From Deltaproteobacteria bacterium (lineage in GTDB: Bacteria > Myxococcota_A > UBA9160 > SMWR01), in contig JAQBGU010000087.1 in the NCBI GenBank assembly GCA_032128375.1, positions 1-50,259 of the forward strand: 50,259 nucleotides of DNA. Direction: 5' to 3'. Below the pieces are notes generated by a model. It saw only the letters and a program-made list of their open reading frames with translations. It made no database searches and was not told where the DNA came from. A program made the translations under genes and the position numbers. This document shows positions 1-10,887 of the stretch, one piece after another (positions within the stretch are counted from its first letter, which is position 1; the number at the start of each line of letters is the position of its first letter).

Positions 1-142
1 CGTACTCCGCCCAAACTTCATCCGGAAGAGCTTGCAGAAACTCACCCGGCTTTCGGAACTGCTTCAAGACGGTCCAACGAGTGGTCGCGCAGCCAGCGAG
101 CAATGCCATCGCCAAGGCTGCGATCAGAAATCGTCGCGGCAT
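1..142 (-). CDS. Putative lipoprotein, partial (runs off the window start); not in the ORF track
   Basis: Manual translation from ATG 142 gives MPRRFLIAALAMALLAGCATTRWTVLKQFRKPGEFLQALPDEVWAEY. It has a basic N-terminus, a hydrophobic stretch and an LAGC lipobox, with GAGG just upstream. Confidence 0.75.
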   Translation of the reverse strand, partial: MPRRFLIAALAMALLAGCATTRWTVLKQFRKPGEFLQALPDEVWAEY

Positions 143-228
143 GAACCTCGAGAATCTCCGGCCGTGTCGGGCCAGAGCGAAGTCTCCAGCGTCATCGGAG
201 GCGGAGTCGGGCTTCGCGCAGGCTCCTA

Positions 229-1887
229 TTACCGTTCGATAATCCAACCCTGATCTCCCGGTGTTGGGTGTTCTCGCGTCGTGGGCGTCGAACGGTTCGA
301 GCCACGCTCGACGCTGTCGCTCGCTGGCTTGGCACTTCGGCGATTCGCAGTGTTGGGCGCGATGGGTGGCATGGTGAGGCGTGCGGCCGGCAACAGAGCG
401 CCATCGGCGTCAATCAGCGGTATCTCCTGCGCGAGCGTTGGCGGCATGGGATTGGATTTTTGCGCCGGTCCGGGCGGCGGGCTTGCAAGCGTCCTGTGCG
501 CTGATTCGCCGATTTCGCTGTGGGGGTTCGCTAGCGCTGCGGCCGAGGCCGCGAGTTCCCCATCGAATTCCGGATCCAGCACTGTACCAAGCCCCGCATC
601 CACGCCCTGGCCGGTTGCCGGTGCGCCCACACGATGCGGCTGTGCGCCTCGCTCGCGCGCGAAATGCGGCCCGTATTGTGAGTACACGAGCACGTTCGCC
701 CCCAGCAGCAGGCTGGCAGCGCCGATCGCGAGGACGCTCTGGCGAAGGGTCAGCGGTGTTCCCAGCACCTCACGCAGGCGGGAGGTCCGCACATCGGGGA
801 TGGTGAGATCGACGAGTGTCGCGGGAACAATATCAATCGTGGTCTCTGTGTTTGCGTCGAGTCCATCCATCACGCGGGTGGCTTCGACGCGCCTCGAGGT
901 CGATGGTGTGGGAATCGCCGACTGCACGTCCAGCCAGGGCGTTGTCGGCCGGATTTCCACCCGGGATGCGATATCCGCCAGGCTCTGCAACGCATCGCTG
1001 AAGGCTCCGGTGCTCGGAAATCGGTCAGCGGGATTTTTTTCGAGGGCGCGAAGCACGACCTGTTCGAGTTCTTCGGGAATCTCGGGCGCGAACTGACGCG
1101 GCGACGGCGGGGGTGTCTCGATCTGGGCCTGCATCAGCTCGTAGTCGTTCTCGAACTTGAATGGCACTCGACCCGTCAACAGGTGGAACAACAGGATGCC
1201 TAGTGAGTAGATATCCGATCGCTCATCGGTTTCACGGCCGCGTACCTGCTCCGGCGACATGTATTGAAGGGTCCCAACCATGTGGCCATGGCGCGTCATC
1301 CGTGATGAGCCGAGCGCGCGGGCGATGCCGAAATCCATCACCTTCACGACGTCGTCAGTGCTGAGCATGATGTTCGAGCCCTTGATGTCTCGGTGGATAA
1401 TGCCGCGTTCATGCGCGAGTCCGACCCCATCGAGGGCCTGGCAAAATAGCGGCACGATCCGCGCGACGGGGATGCGACCGTTCTTTCGGACGAGACTCGA
1501 GAAGGTTTCGCCCGCGACGTACTCCATCACCATCCACAAGTTGTTGCGCTCTTCGACCAGCGTATACAGCGTGGCGATGTTCGGGTGGTTGAGCTGTGCG
1601 AGAACCTGGGCTTCCGCGCGGAAACGCTCCACGACCTTGCGTTCGGCGGCGAGGTCGGCGCGAAGCGCCTTGATGGCGACGGTCCGCTTGAGCAGGGTAT
1701 CCGTCGCGCGATACACCTCGCCCACGCCGCCTTCCCCAATCAGTTCCTCGAACAAGTAGTTGCCGACCGTTTTGCCGATCAAGTTCGAACCTTCATTTCC
1801 GCGCAAGAGAGCCGCATGCGCCTCCGGTATCGGCTGGCGCGCCTGCGCTCTTGACGGCATGATCCCCGCGGGGGCGATAAGCGGCAC
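229..1887 (-). CDS. Hanks-type serine/threonine protein kinase with a TM segment and Pro/Ala-rich C-terminal tail
   Basis: GEGGVGEVY glycine loop, [25 protein letters not shown] and SDIYSLG motifs, plus hydrophobic segment [18 protein letters not shown]. The start is uncertain and may lie downstream. Confidence 0.93.
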   Translation of the reverse strand: MPLIAPAGIMPSRAQARQPIPEAHAALLRGNEGSNLIGKTVGNYLFEELIGEGGVGEVYRATDTLLKRTVAIKALRADLAAERKVVERFRAEAQVLAQLNHPNIATLYTLVEERNNLWMVMEYVAGETFSSLVRKNGRIPVARIVPLFCQALDGVGLAHERGIIHRDIKGSNIMLSTDDVVKVMDFGIARALGSSRMTRHGHMVGTLQYMSPEQVRGRETDERSDIYSLGILLFHLLTGRVPFKFENDYELMQAQIETPPPSPRQFAPEIPEELEQVVLRALEKNPADRFPSTGAFSDALQSLADIASRVEIRPTTPWLDVQSAIPTPSTSRRVEATRVMDGLDANTETTIDIVPATLVDLTIPDVRTSRLREVLGTPLTLRQSVLAIGAASLLLGANVLVYSQYGPHFARERGAQPHRVGAPATGQGVDAGLGTVLDPEFDGELAASAAALANPHSEIGESAHRTLASPPPGPAQKSNPMPPTLAQEIPLIDADGALLPAARLTMPPIAPNTANRRSAKPASDSVERGSNRSTPTTREHPTPGDQGWIIER

Positions 1888-1965
1888 ATCTCAGAAAAAA
1901 ATCGCGGGTTCGCAACCGTCTGTCGGGTTCAGGCGGCGACGCCAAGAGCCGATTGGAGGGATGCG

Positions 1966-2967
1966 ATGTGGCTCGATGTATTGGTCCTTGTGCTTTTGTG
2001 CGCTTTCGCCTGGATGGGCGCGCGCCGCGGTGCCGTGGTCTCGGCGATGGGCGTGGCGACGATTCTGCTCTGCTATTGGGCTGCGATTGGCTTCGGCAAA
2101 GCATTTGGATCCGCGGCGGCGATCGGATTGGGTCTGCCTGAGATCATAGGAATCCCGATAGTGGGTTCGCTGGCGTTCTTCTGTGTGTTCGCATTGATGG
2201 CCGTACTGACCAACGTGATTCGACGCCGCTGCGAAGATCGCAACGAGAGTCCCCGCGATCGGTTCTTGGGTGCCGCATTCGGTGCGCTTCGCGGGATCTT
2301 TGTCGCACTTCTCCTCAGTTACCTGGCGATATGGCTCGATGCACTCCGCGAGACAGGGGTGGAATCGGTTCCGGCGGTGGGTACTTCCGCGGCAGCAAGC
2401 GTTACCGAAGCGTTGGTTGTGGCGGGCGTCGAATCGGCACTTTCCGATTCGGGACCCGCCGCGCGCGTGGTGGCGCGGATCGTTGGCCGGCCTGGGGATT
2501 CGCTCGCCGAACTGCGCGATGTGCTCGACAGCCCGCACATCGCACGCCTTCAAAGTGACGAGTCGTTTTGGGTCTATTTGGAAGCGGGTTCGATCGACGC
2601 AGCAATGAATCAGCCCAGCTTCCTGGAACTGAGCCAGGACCCTACGTTTCGTCGCCAACTCGCGGCGCTCGGTCTGATCGACGAGTCGGCCGCGGCCGAT
2701 TCGCAGGCGTTTGGTGAATCGGCCCGTGAGATGCTCCATCAGGTTGGGCCCCGGATTCGCGGGCTGAGCGAAAACCCCGAACTAATCGCGTTGATGGGTG
2801 ACCCTGACGTCGTCGCGATGGTCGAGAGCGGGGACACGATCGGACTGATGGGCCACGAACGCTTTCGCACGCTGGTGGCGAAGCTGGTATCGGTCCCGAT
2901 GAAACCGCCTGAGGTCTCAGTGCGAGGTCTGAACTCGCGGTCTCAGCCTCCCGCCTCCCCGCGGTAG
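1966..2967 (+). CDS. CvpA (colicin V production) family membrane protein with a long soluble C-terminal extension
   Basis: N-terminal MWLDVLVLVLL...GARRG and DRFLGAAFGALRG motifs, four hydrophobic segments, and a GGAGG RBS. Confidence 0.8.
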   Translation: MWLDVLVLVLLCAFAWMGARRGAVVSAMGVATILLCYWAAIGFGKAFGSAAAIGLGLPEIIGIPIVGSLAFFCVFALMAVLTNVIRRRCEDRNESPRDRFLGAAFGALRGIFVALLLSYLAIWLDALRETGVESVPAVGTSAAASVTEALVVAGVESALSDSGPAARVVARIVGRPGDSLAELRDVLDSPHIARLQSDESFWVYLEAGSIDAAMNQPSFLELSQDPTFRRQLAALGLIDESAAADSQAFGESAREMLHQVGPRIRGLSENPELIALMGDPDVVAMVESGDTIGLMGHERFRTLVAKLVSVPMKPPEVSVRGLNSRSQPPASPR

Positions 2968-2999
2968 GCCTCCGCGGATTGTCTCGCAGCAAGCGACAT

Positions 3000-3743
3000 C
3001 TAGGGGTCAGATCGCGGGAAACGAGAGAGCGGGGCTTTCGGGTCTGCTGGGTTCTTCGAGCCGATGGTCTGGACGGGCGCCGCGCGTTCTCGCAGTTCGC
3101 CTGGTGAGACCAGCCCGGCCGACATGACGAGCTTGAACGCATCCTCGACCGACAATGCGACTTCGATGACCTCCGAATCCGGTACCAGCAGGTAGAAGCC
3201 AGAGGTGGGGTTGGGCGTAGTGGGCAAGAAGCAGTTGACCATGATTTCATTTGTCGCGTCCTGGACGGCGCCACGTGCCAGACCGGTCGTGAAGGCCAGC
3301 GCGTAGACTCCTTTGCGCGGGTACTCGATCAGGACGACGCGGTTGAAGCGAGAACTCTGGCTCGTCGTGAAGATAGCCTCGAGAAGTTGCTTGACGCCGG
3401 CGTAGATGCTGCGAGCGACTGGGACGCGCGCCAGCAGTGCCTCCCAGGCGCGCTGGAAATTGCCGCTGAGCAGATGCCGTGCGATCACGCCGAGTAGGAT
3501 GATCACCAGGAACGTGAACAGCATGCCGACTAATGGCAACGGCGGCGGCTGTTCGAGGTCCGGCATCACGATTTTGATCAGCCGCGGCAATAACAGGTTG
3601 TCGAGCCAGATGATGATCGATGCGATGGCCCAAATGGTGACGCCGATGGGTGCGAAGAAAAGGATCCCGGCTACGAAGTAGCGCCTCAGCGCCTCTCGGA
3701 TGATAGAAAAGATCCGGTGCCTCACAGTGCAGTTCCCCTCCAT
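3000..3743 (-). CDS. DUF502 domain-containing membrane protein
   Basis: RRYFVAG..PIGVT, RVPVARSIY..KQL, VVLIEYPRKG, FLPTTPNPTSGF and SVEDAFKLVMSAG motifs. Confidence 0.9.
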   Translation of the reverse strand: MEGNCTVRHRIFSIIREALRRYFVAGILFFAPIGVTIWAIASIIIWLDNLLLPRLIKIVMPDLEQPPPLPLVGMLFTFLVIILLGVIARHLLSGNFQRAWEALLARVPVARSIYAGVKQLLEAIFTTSQSSRFNRVVLIEYPRKGVYALAFTTGLARGAVQDATNEIMVNCFLPTTPNPTSGFYLLVPDSEVIEVALSVEDAFKLVMSAGLVSPGELRERAAPVQTIGSKNPADPKAPLSRFPRSDP

Positions 3744-3831
3744 TGCGCAGCTGGCCGATCACCGGCAGTCGCAGCACCCCATTCGTCGTTGCCAAGAGAC
3801 GGCAGGAATCGACGCGAGACTCAGCACGTCC

Positions 3832-3869
3832 GGTTCGAAGCCGTGGCGCCAAGGCGACCAGCTCGAACC
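3832..3869. other. Imperfect stem-loop downstream of the PqqA-like ORF
   Basis: GGTTCGA...TCGAACC outer stem enclosing inner TGG/CCA and CGC-CAAG-GCG pairing. There is no U-tract. Confidence 0.4.
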
Positions 3870-3921
3870 ACGGGTGTCTGGCACTCGGCCGATATCCCCG
3901 CTCCGACTAGACCCGTTGCGA

Positions 3922-4065
3922 CTAGAAGAGCGGGGCGTCGCCTTCGTCCGGCGCGTATGCGGTGATCTCGCAATCGAGTGAAATCACCTCGAACTTCGGC
4001 GGCTCGTACGAACGGTCATTTTCTTCCACGTGTGTGGAAAAGAGATGTGAGTTGTCGTGATCCAT
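3922..4065 (-). CDS. pqqA: PqqA-like RiPP precursor peptide (47 aa); not in the ORF track
   Basis: Manual translation: MDHDNSHLFSTHVEENDRSYEPPKFEVISLDCEITAYAPDEGDAPLF*. It has an aromatic-x-x-P-x-F leader motif and the ExxxY core (EITAY) at PqqA-like spacing. The start codon is uncertain (no clear RBS; alternative GTG at 4029). Confidence 0.7.
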   Translation of the reverse strand: MDHDNSHLFSTHVEENDRSYEPPKFEVISLDCEITAYAPDEGDAPLF

Positions 4066-4122
4066 ACAGTCATCTATAGCAATTTCAGGTCGCTCTCGCT
4101 GCAGCAGCGAGTCGGCGGGCGA

Positions 4123-5538
<1,416 letters not shown>

Positions 5539-5828
5539 TCATCATACCGTCCGGCGCATCCGGATCACGCGTGGCGTGGCTTTCGTTTCGGGATCCTGGT
5601 CAGACTGACACCGATCGCCGCGCTTTCTACACGTAGTCGATCGATCACGAGTCATTCGGGGCGGCGAACGCTCGGTAGGTCAGGCACCTTGCGCGCTGGC
5701 TTGAATGTTCCACTGGGGAGGGATTTGGAAGTCGTGGAGTCTCAGCGTGAGCTATGGCAGCCTCGGATCGATGCCAGAACACCGGTTGGCTCGGGGGCGG
5801 CCACGAGGTGTGGGAGCACCGTGAGCCA

Positions 5829-6866
5829 ATGACGGGGCTCACCAGCGAAGTGAAAGCTATGGCGTTGGCCGTGGGGTTTGATCTGGTTGGCGTGACCGAC
5901 GCTGTCCCGCGACCGGAGACCGAGTTCTTGCGCGAGTGGATCGCCCGAGGGTTCGCGGGCGAGATGACGTACATCGAGCGTCGAGTCGAGCAGCGGATCG
6001 ACCCCCGACTCGTCGTCGAGGACGCTCGCAGCGTGATCGTGGTGGGGCTGGTCTATGACCCCGGCCAACATTCCGAATTGGGTCCACAGATCGCGCGGTA
6101 CGCCGGCGGGGATGACTACCACGATGTGATGATCGACCGGCTTCGCGCGCTGGAGTCAGCGCTGGTCGTCCGGGTGGAAGCACCCCTTCGCAGTCGCTGC
6201 TACGTGGATACAGGGCCTGTCCAGGAGCGAGTCTTCGCGGCGTACGCGGGCCTTGGTTGGATCGGGAAGAACACCTGTCTGATTCACTCAGAACTGGGCT
6301 CGTACCTGTTTCTCGGTGTATTGATTACCGATTTGCAACTGAAGCCCGACGAGCGCGAGCCGGACCATTGCGGGAGCTGTCGCGCCTGCATCGACGCCTG
6401 CCCGACGGACGCAATCGTCGAACCCTATCTGCTCGACGCCACGCGCTGCATTTCCTACTCGACCATTGAGGCGCGCGGACCGATCCCCGAATCGCTCCGC
6501 GATCAACACGGCAGTTGGGTCTTCGGTTGCGACATTTGCCAGCAGGTGTGTCCGTGGAATACGCGAGAGCGGCGTCAGATTCCGCCGGACCCGCTTGGCC
6601 TGCGCGAGCGGATTGCGCCGCGACCCGAGTGGATGCGCCCATCGCTCGAATGGTTGCTCGACTTGGATGAAGAGCGTTGGCGACAGGCGACCCGCAAGAC
6701 CGCGCTGCGACGCACTCGCTATCGAGGTCTCTTGCGCAATGCGTTGGTCGCTGCAGGAAATTCGAAGGACCCGACGCTGCGCGACAGAATCCGGCGCCAT
6801 CTGGACAGCGCGGACGAACTGATCGCCGAGCACGCGCGCTGGGCGCTTGCGCGCTTGGGTGCCTGA
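5829..6866 (+). CDS. queG: tRNA epoxyqueuosine(34) reductase QueG
   Basis: IARYAGGDDYH, VDTGPVQER, GLGWIGKN, two Fe-S motifs (CGSCRACIDACPT and CDICQQVCPWN), and a C-terminal HARWAL. ATG 5829 is preferred over 5754. Confidence 0.95.
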   Translation: MTGLTSEVKAMALAVGFDLVGVTDAVPRPETEFLREWIARGFAGEMTYIERRVEQRIDPRLVVEDARSVIVVGLVYDPGQHSELGPQIARYAGGDDYHDVMIDRLRALESALVVRVEAPLRSRCYVDTGPVQERVFAAYAGLGWIGKNTCLIHSELGSYLFLGVLITDLQLKPDEREPDHCGSCRACIDACPTDAIVEPYLLDATRCISYSTIEARGPIPESLRDQHGSWVFGCDICQQVCPWNTRERRQIPPDPLGLRERIAPRPEWMRPSLEWLLDLDEERWRQATRKTALRRTRYRGLLRNALVAAGNSKDPTLRDRIRRHLDSADELIAEHARWALARLGA

Positions 6867-6887
6867 CCGGTCGAGAATCAGGCTCTA

Positions 6888-7550
6888 TCAACTCGCGGCG
6901 CGCCGTGCCAACAAACGCGCTACCGCCTCGGGGCGTGAACCGGATGTGGTGCCTTCCCATTTCTCGAGGATCTCGAGTTCGCCAAATAAATCGGCCAACT
7001 CGCCTGCGCGAAGCAAGAACGCCGGGTTACTGGGCCCCCAGCCCAACTCGATCTGGTCGGTCAAGAACGTCTCGTACAGCAGCAGTCCACCCGGGGCGAG
7101 CGCATCGCAGATGCTGCGGGCGAGCGGGCGGTGCAGATAACGAAATACGACGATCGCGCCGCACGAACCTGTTTTCAATGGGCCGCCGGGCGCGATTTCG
7201 AGGTCGGCTCGCACGGCATCCAACTCCACGCGCTGCGCCTTCGCCACGCAGCGAAGTTCGGCCAGGCTTCCCGGGTTCCGGTCGATTCCCACCATCGGCA
7301 GGCCGGCTCGGGCACCAGCGATCATATGCCGACCGCGCCCGCAAGCCAGGTCGACAATGGGCCCAGCCTGGGCTGCCGCGCGCAACGCTTCGATGTGTTC
7401 GACGAAAAAATCCGACGGTGGAGCCGTGCGGCCAACTGGCGACGAACCGCTCGCGTCGTCGTCTGGCCGATCTTGGGCCCGGTTCGCAGTCGCGCCTTCG
7501 GCGGTCGTCGGCGGAAGCTTCGCGTCGTGCCGTGCCCCGTCGCGTCTCAT
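6888..7550 (-). CDS. Class I SAM-dependent methyltransferase (TehB-like)
   Basis: VDLACGRGRH motif I, VVFRYLHRPL, LAPGGLLLYETF and GPSNPAFLL..GEL. The start is set at ATG 7550 to avoid overlapping the upstream gene. Confidence 0.85.
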   Translation of the reverse strand: MRRDGARHDAKLPPTTAEGATANRAQDRPDDDASGSSPVGRTAPPSDFFVEHIEALRAAAQAGPIVDLACGRGRHMIAGARAGLPMVGIDRNPGSLAELRCVAKAQRVELDAVRADLEIAPGGPLKTGSCGAIVVFRYLHRPLARSICDALAPGGLLLYETFLTDQIELGWGPSNPAFLLRAGELADLFGELEILEKWEGTTSGSRPEAVARLLARRAAS

Positions 7551-7569
7551 GTTCCAGCCAACCGTGAAC

Positions 7570-8382
7570 TCAGCTTGCGATGCCGGAAAACAGCGTCGCC
7601 AACCGGGCCGGAAAATCGCTGATGATGCCATCGACTCCCAACTCGAGCAGCTCGGCCATTTCGATCGGATCGTTGATCGTCCATGCGTGGACATGGATGG
7701 AGTGCGCGTGCGCGTAGTCGAGCAACTCGCGGGTCACCAGTCGTCCGCCCGCGAACTCGGCCGGGATCTGTAACGCCATTGGGCCGATTGGGCGCTGCGT
7801 GCCTTCGGTCGCAGATCGGACGAATCCGAGCACGTCGGCCGTGCTGGCACCCTGCGCGATCGGTTTGTCGAGCTTGCCGAGGGCGGCGCGAAGCTCGGCC
7901 ATGATCGCGTCGTCGCCCGCTGTCAACAGCGTCAAGTCCTCTCGTTCCAGCCGCGTGACCAGCGCGATCATCGCGTCGATCAAGCCCGGCTCGGACGCCT
8001 TGAGTTCGAGATTGAAGCGCGCGTTCGGGAATCTCGCAAACGCCTGCTCCACGCTCGGGATACCGATTCCCGCACCGCGAAACGGAAAGCTCGGGTCAGC
8101 GTACGGGCTGAACCGGTATGCGGCATCGAACGATTGCAGCTCTTTCAGATCAAATTTCGAAACGGCCCCGGTCTGCTCCGTAACGCGGTCCACCCGCGGG
8201 TCGTGAATCAGAACCGGGATGCCATCCCGTGTCAGGTGAACGTCACTTTCGAGGATCGCTGCACCCTGGTCGAGCGCTCGCTCGAAGGAGGGCAGGGTGT
8301 TCTCGGGGGCTTCGCCCGCGCAGCCGCGATGTCCGATTGAAACCGGGCGGGGAAGATCGAAGAAGGGGTGAATGATCTGCAC
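7570..8382 (-). CDS. Glycerophosphodiester phosphodiesterase (GDPD family)
   Basis: IGHRG..GEAPENT, LESDVHLTRDG..VLIHD, NLELK, WTIND and GVDGIISDFP motifs. Confidence 0.93.
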   Translation of the reverse strand: MQIIHPFFDLPRPVSIGHRGCAGEAPENTLPSFERALDQGAAILESDVHLTRDGIPVLIHDPRVDRVTEQTGAVSKFDLKELQSFDAAYRFSPYADPSFPFRGAGIGIPSVEQAFARFPNARFNLELKASEPGLIDAMIALVTRLEREDLTLLTAGDDAIMAELRAALGKLDKPIAQGASTADVLGFVRSATEGTQRPIGPMALQIPAEFAGGRLVTRELLDYAHAHSIHVHAWTINDPIEMAELLELGVDGIISDFPARLATLFSGIAS

Positions 8383-8408
8383 GTCGATAGGGTATCATTC
8401 GCCGCCCG

Positions 8409-8921
8409 ATGCCTGTGCTGACCCGGGAAGCGATCCTCGAAGAGCTGGAATCCGGGCGGTTGAAGATCGAACCCTGGGTTCCCGACCAGCTCGGCGCGGC
8501 GTCGATAGACCTGACGCTGGGCGACGAGATTCGCGTCATCGAGCCTGGCGACGGGCCGATCGATCTGAACGAAGACGCCGATTATCGCAACTACACGCGG
8601 GTTCAGTCGCTCGCTGAACCCTACGTACTCTCGCCGGGGTGTACCATCCACGGCATCACCCGAGAACTGATTTCTCTGCCACCCTATCTATGTGGATTTC
8701 TCGAGGGGCGTAGCAGGTTTGCGCGCTTAGGTCTGATGATTCACGTGACCTCTGCCTTTGTCCAGCCGGGCGTCCACAACCGACAAGTGCTCGAGATGAG
8801 CAACGTCTCGGACCGACCGCTGCGCATTCACGCAGGCGTACGCTTGTGTCAGATTGTATTGATGCGGACCGAACGCGAGGCCGTCTACGCGGGTCGGTTC
8901 AAGGACCAGGACGAGCTGTAG
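8409..8921 (+). CDS. dcd: dCTP deaminase
   Basis: ASIDLTLG, TRELISLP, LEGRSRFARLGL, LEMSN, LCQIV and YAGRFKDQ motifs. Confidence 0.9.
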   Translation: MPVLTREAILEELESGRLKIEPWVPDQLGAASIDLTLGDEIRVIEPGDGPIDLNEDADYRNYTRVQSLAEPYVLSPGCTIHGITRELISLPPYLCGFLEGRSRFARLGLMIHVTSAFVQPGVHNRQVLEMSNVSDRPLRIHAGVRLCQIVLMRTEREAVYAGRFKDQDEL

Positions 8922-8923
8922 CG

Positions 8924-9373
8924 GTGCGCGCGGTTGTCCAGCGCGTGCTGTCGGCCCGGGTCACGGTGGAAGATGCAGTCGTCGGCGAGATGGGCCCCGG
9001 ATTGTTGGCGCTGGTGGGCGTGGGGCGGAACGACTCGGCCAAGCAGGCGGCCGAGCTAGCCCGCAAGCTCGTTCACTTGAGGATCTTCGGCGATGACGCT
9101 GACCGGATGAATCTCTCGCTTCTCGATATGGGTGGGTCGTTAGGCGTGGTTTCTCAGTTCACATTATTTGGTGACGCGCGTCACGGCCGGCGGCCGTCGT
9201 TTTTGGCAGCCAGTTCGGCTGAGCGAGCAGAGCCGCTGATCGATGTGCTCGTGGAATCGGCACGCGGACTGGGTGCCACCGTCGTGACCGGGCAGTTTCA
9301 GGTGAGCATGCATGTGTCGTTGGTCAACGCGGGCCCGGTTACGATTCTGCTGGATACCGACAAGGTCTTCTGA
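8924..9373 (+). CDS. dtd: D-aminoacyl-tRNA deacylase
   Basis: A GTG start at 8924 gives MRAVVQRV. LRIF, VSQFTL and NAGPVT (Gly-cisPro) motifs are present. Confidence 0.95.
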   Translation: MRAVVQRVLSARVTVEDAVVGEMGPGLLALVGVGRNDSAKQAAELARKLVHLRIFGDDADRMNLSLLDMGGSLGVVSQFTLFGDARHGRRPSFLAASSAERAEPLIDVLVESARGLGATVVTGQFQVSMHVSLVNAGPVTILLDTDKVF

Positions 9374-9432
9374 TCGCGGCCGGTCTGGGCAGCGATTTTT
9401 TTTCGGTTGTCGAGTTCGGAATCAAACGGCGC

Positions 9433-9460
9433 TTGACGTTTCGTCTGCCAGAGGCACAAT
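9433..9460 (+). promoter_or_regulatory. Putative sigma70 promoter
   Basis: TTGACG-N16-CACAAT upstream of the 9624 ORF. Confidence 0.45.
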
Positions 9461-9623
9461 AGTGGACGGGGGGCGAGAGCAAGCAGGTCATCGCGTGCGC
9501 AAACGCGTCGACCAGCCGGCTTTCGTCTGAGGCGATCGCATCCGTTCGGATTTCGACTCTGTCAGGAGGCAGACTTGAATTCGAAGAGGCTGGATCGCCC
9601 ATGATGCAAGACGGGAGAAAACA

Positions 9624-10049
9624 GTGATTCGAACTCAACGAAATTCGCATCCGATAGCGCAAGGTGCAGCGGCAGGCATGTTGGCTGTTGCGGTAGCGAT
9701 GTCAGCTGGGCTGGCGAGTGCGGCCGACGCCTACGACGGGCAACACAGCACGGAAACCAAAGCCTCGAGGTTCGGCATCAATGCGGCAGCAACAGGGCTG
9801 ACGATGTTGTACGCGCCGGTCAAATTGACCTATTCCGCTCTGGGGCTCGTGTTCGGCGGCATCGCATATGGGCTTTCGGGCGGTGACGGTGACGTCCTGC
9901 GCGCGGTCGTCACGCCGGCAATCGAGGGCGACTTCGTGGTCTTACCGGAGCACATTCGCCGCCAGGAAGCCATTGAATTCGTCGGGCGCGATCCTGCATA
10001 TCGCGAAGACCAAGTCGTGGATGCTGCGGTCGTCGAAGAAGTTTACTGA
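9624..10049 (+). CDS. Hypothetical exported/membrane protein
   Basis: Signal-peptide-like N-terminus (..MSAGLASA-AD), a hydrophobic YAPVKLTYSALG segment, and a GGGAG RBS. Confidence 0.75.
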   Translation: MIRTQRNSHPIAQGAAAGMLAVAVAMSAGLASAADAYDGQHSTETKASRFGINAAATGLTMLYAPVKLTYSALGLVFGGIAYGLSGGDGDVLRAVVTPAIEGDFVVLPEHIRRQEAIEFVGRDPAYREDQVVDAAVVEEVY

Positions 10050-10113
10050 CGCGAGGGCCCTGCGGATCGCTGGCGGGTCGGCGCCCGAACAGCGATCCTA
10101 GTGGCTGTTCGCC

Positions 10114-10887
10114 ATGACAGAACTGGGCTCACATGTATACCTCGCGTTCGCCGCGGGGCTGATCTCGGTGCTTTCGCCCTGTGTGCTTCCGCTGATGCCC
10201 GCCTATCTCTCGCTGGTATCCGGGATCTCGGTGGAGGAGATGCAGATTGGGGCGACTGATGCCGTCGTAAGACGGCGCGTAATGGGCGCCTGCCTGGCAT
10301 TCGTGTTCGGGTTTTCGTGTGTGTTCGTGTTGATGGGTGCCGGAGCGGTCGCCGCGGGCCACGTGCTGAGGACCTGGCAGGCGGAGTTGTTCGGTGTTCA
10401 GTTCGGTTTCGTACAAATCGCGGGTGTATTTGTTGTGCTGCTGGGCCTGCATATGACCGGTGTAGTGCCGATCCGGGCCCTATACCGGGATACGCGTTTT
10501 CAGATGAAGTTCAACCGGAGCAATACGATCAGCTCGTTCATGGTGGGTGCGGCGTTCGCACTGGGCTGGTCGCCCTGCATTGGACCACCTTTGGCCATGA
10601 TTTTGACGATCGCTGGCAGCAGCGAGACCGCGATGCAGGGGGTGGCCCTGCTGACGATCTACTCGGCCGGGCTCGCGGTTCCGTTCCTTGTGGCGGGCTG
10701 GAGTATTGAGCACTTCTTCAGCGCGTTTGCCAGAATCAAGCTGCATTTCCGAAAATTCGAGATCGCATCAGGCGGGGTGTTGATGGCGGTGGGAGTACTC
10801 CTGATGACCGGCCAGTTCGCGATACTGAACGCCAAGTTCAGTTTCATGACACGCTGGGTGGCCGCCGCCGAACGGGCGATCCAATGA
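10114..10887 (+). CDS. ccdA: Cytochrome c biogenesis protein CcdA (DsbD beta domain)
   Basis: AGLISVLSPCVLPLMPAY and FALGWSPCIGP redox cysteine motifs, with about six TM segments. Confidence 0.93.
   Translation: MTELGSHVYLAFAAGLISVLSPCVLPLMPAYLSLVSGISVEEMQIGATDAVVRRRVMGACLAFVFGFSCVFVLMGAGAVAAGHVLRTWQAELFGVQFGFVQIAGVFVVLLGLHMTGVVPIRALYRDTRFQMKFNRSNTISSFMVGAAFALGWSPCIGPPLAMILTIAGSSETAMQGVALLTIYSAGLAVPFLVAGWSIEHFFSAFARIKLHFRKFEIASGGVLMAVGVLLMTGQFAILNAKFSFMTRWVAAAERAIQ

Noticed and set aside
3825..3852. GGTTCGAAGCC...CCA resembling a tRNA T-arm and 3' end
   Set aside because: No acceptor stem, D-arm or anticodon arm can be formed, and the spacing to CCA is too short.
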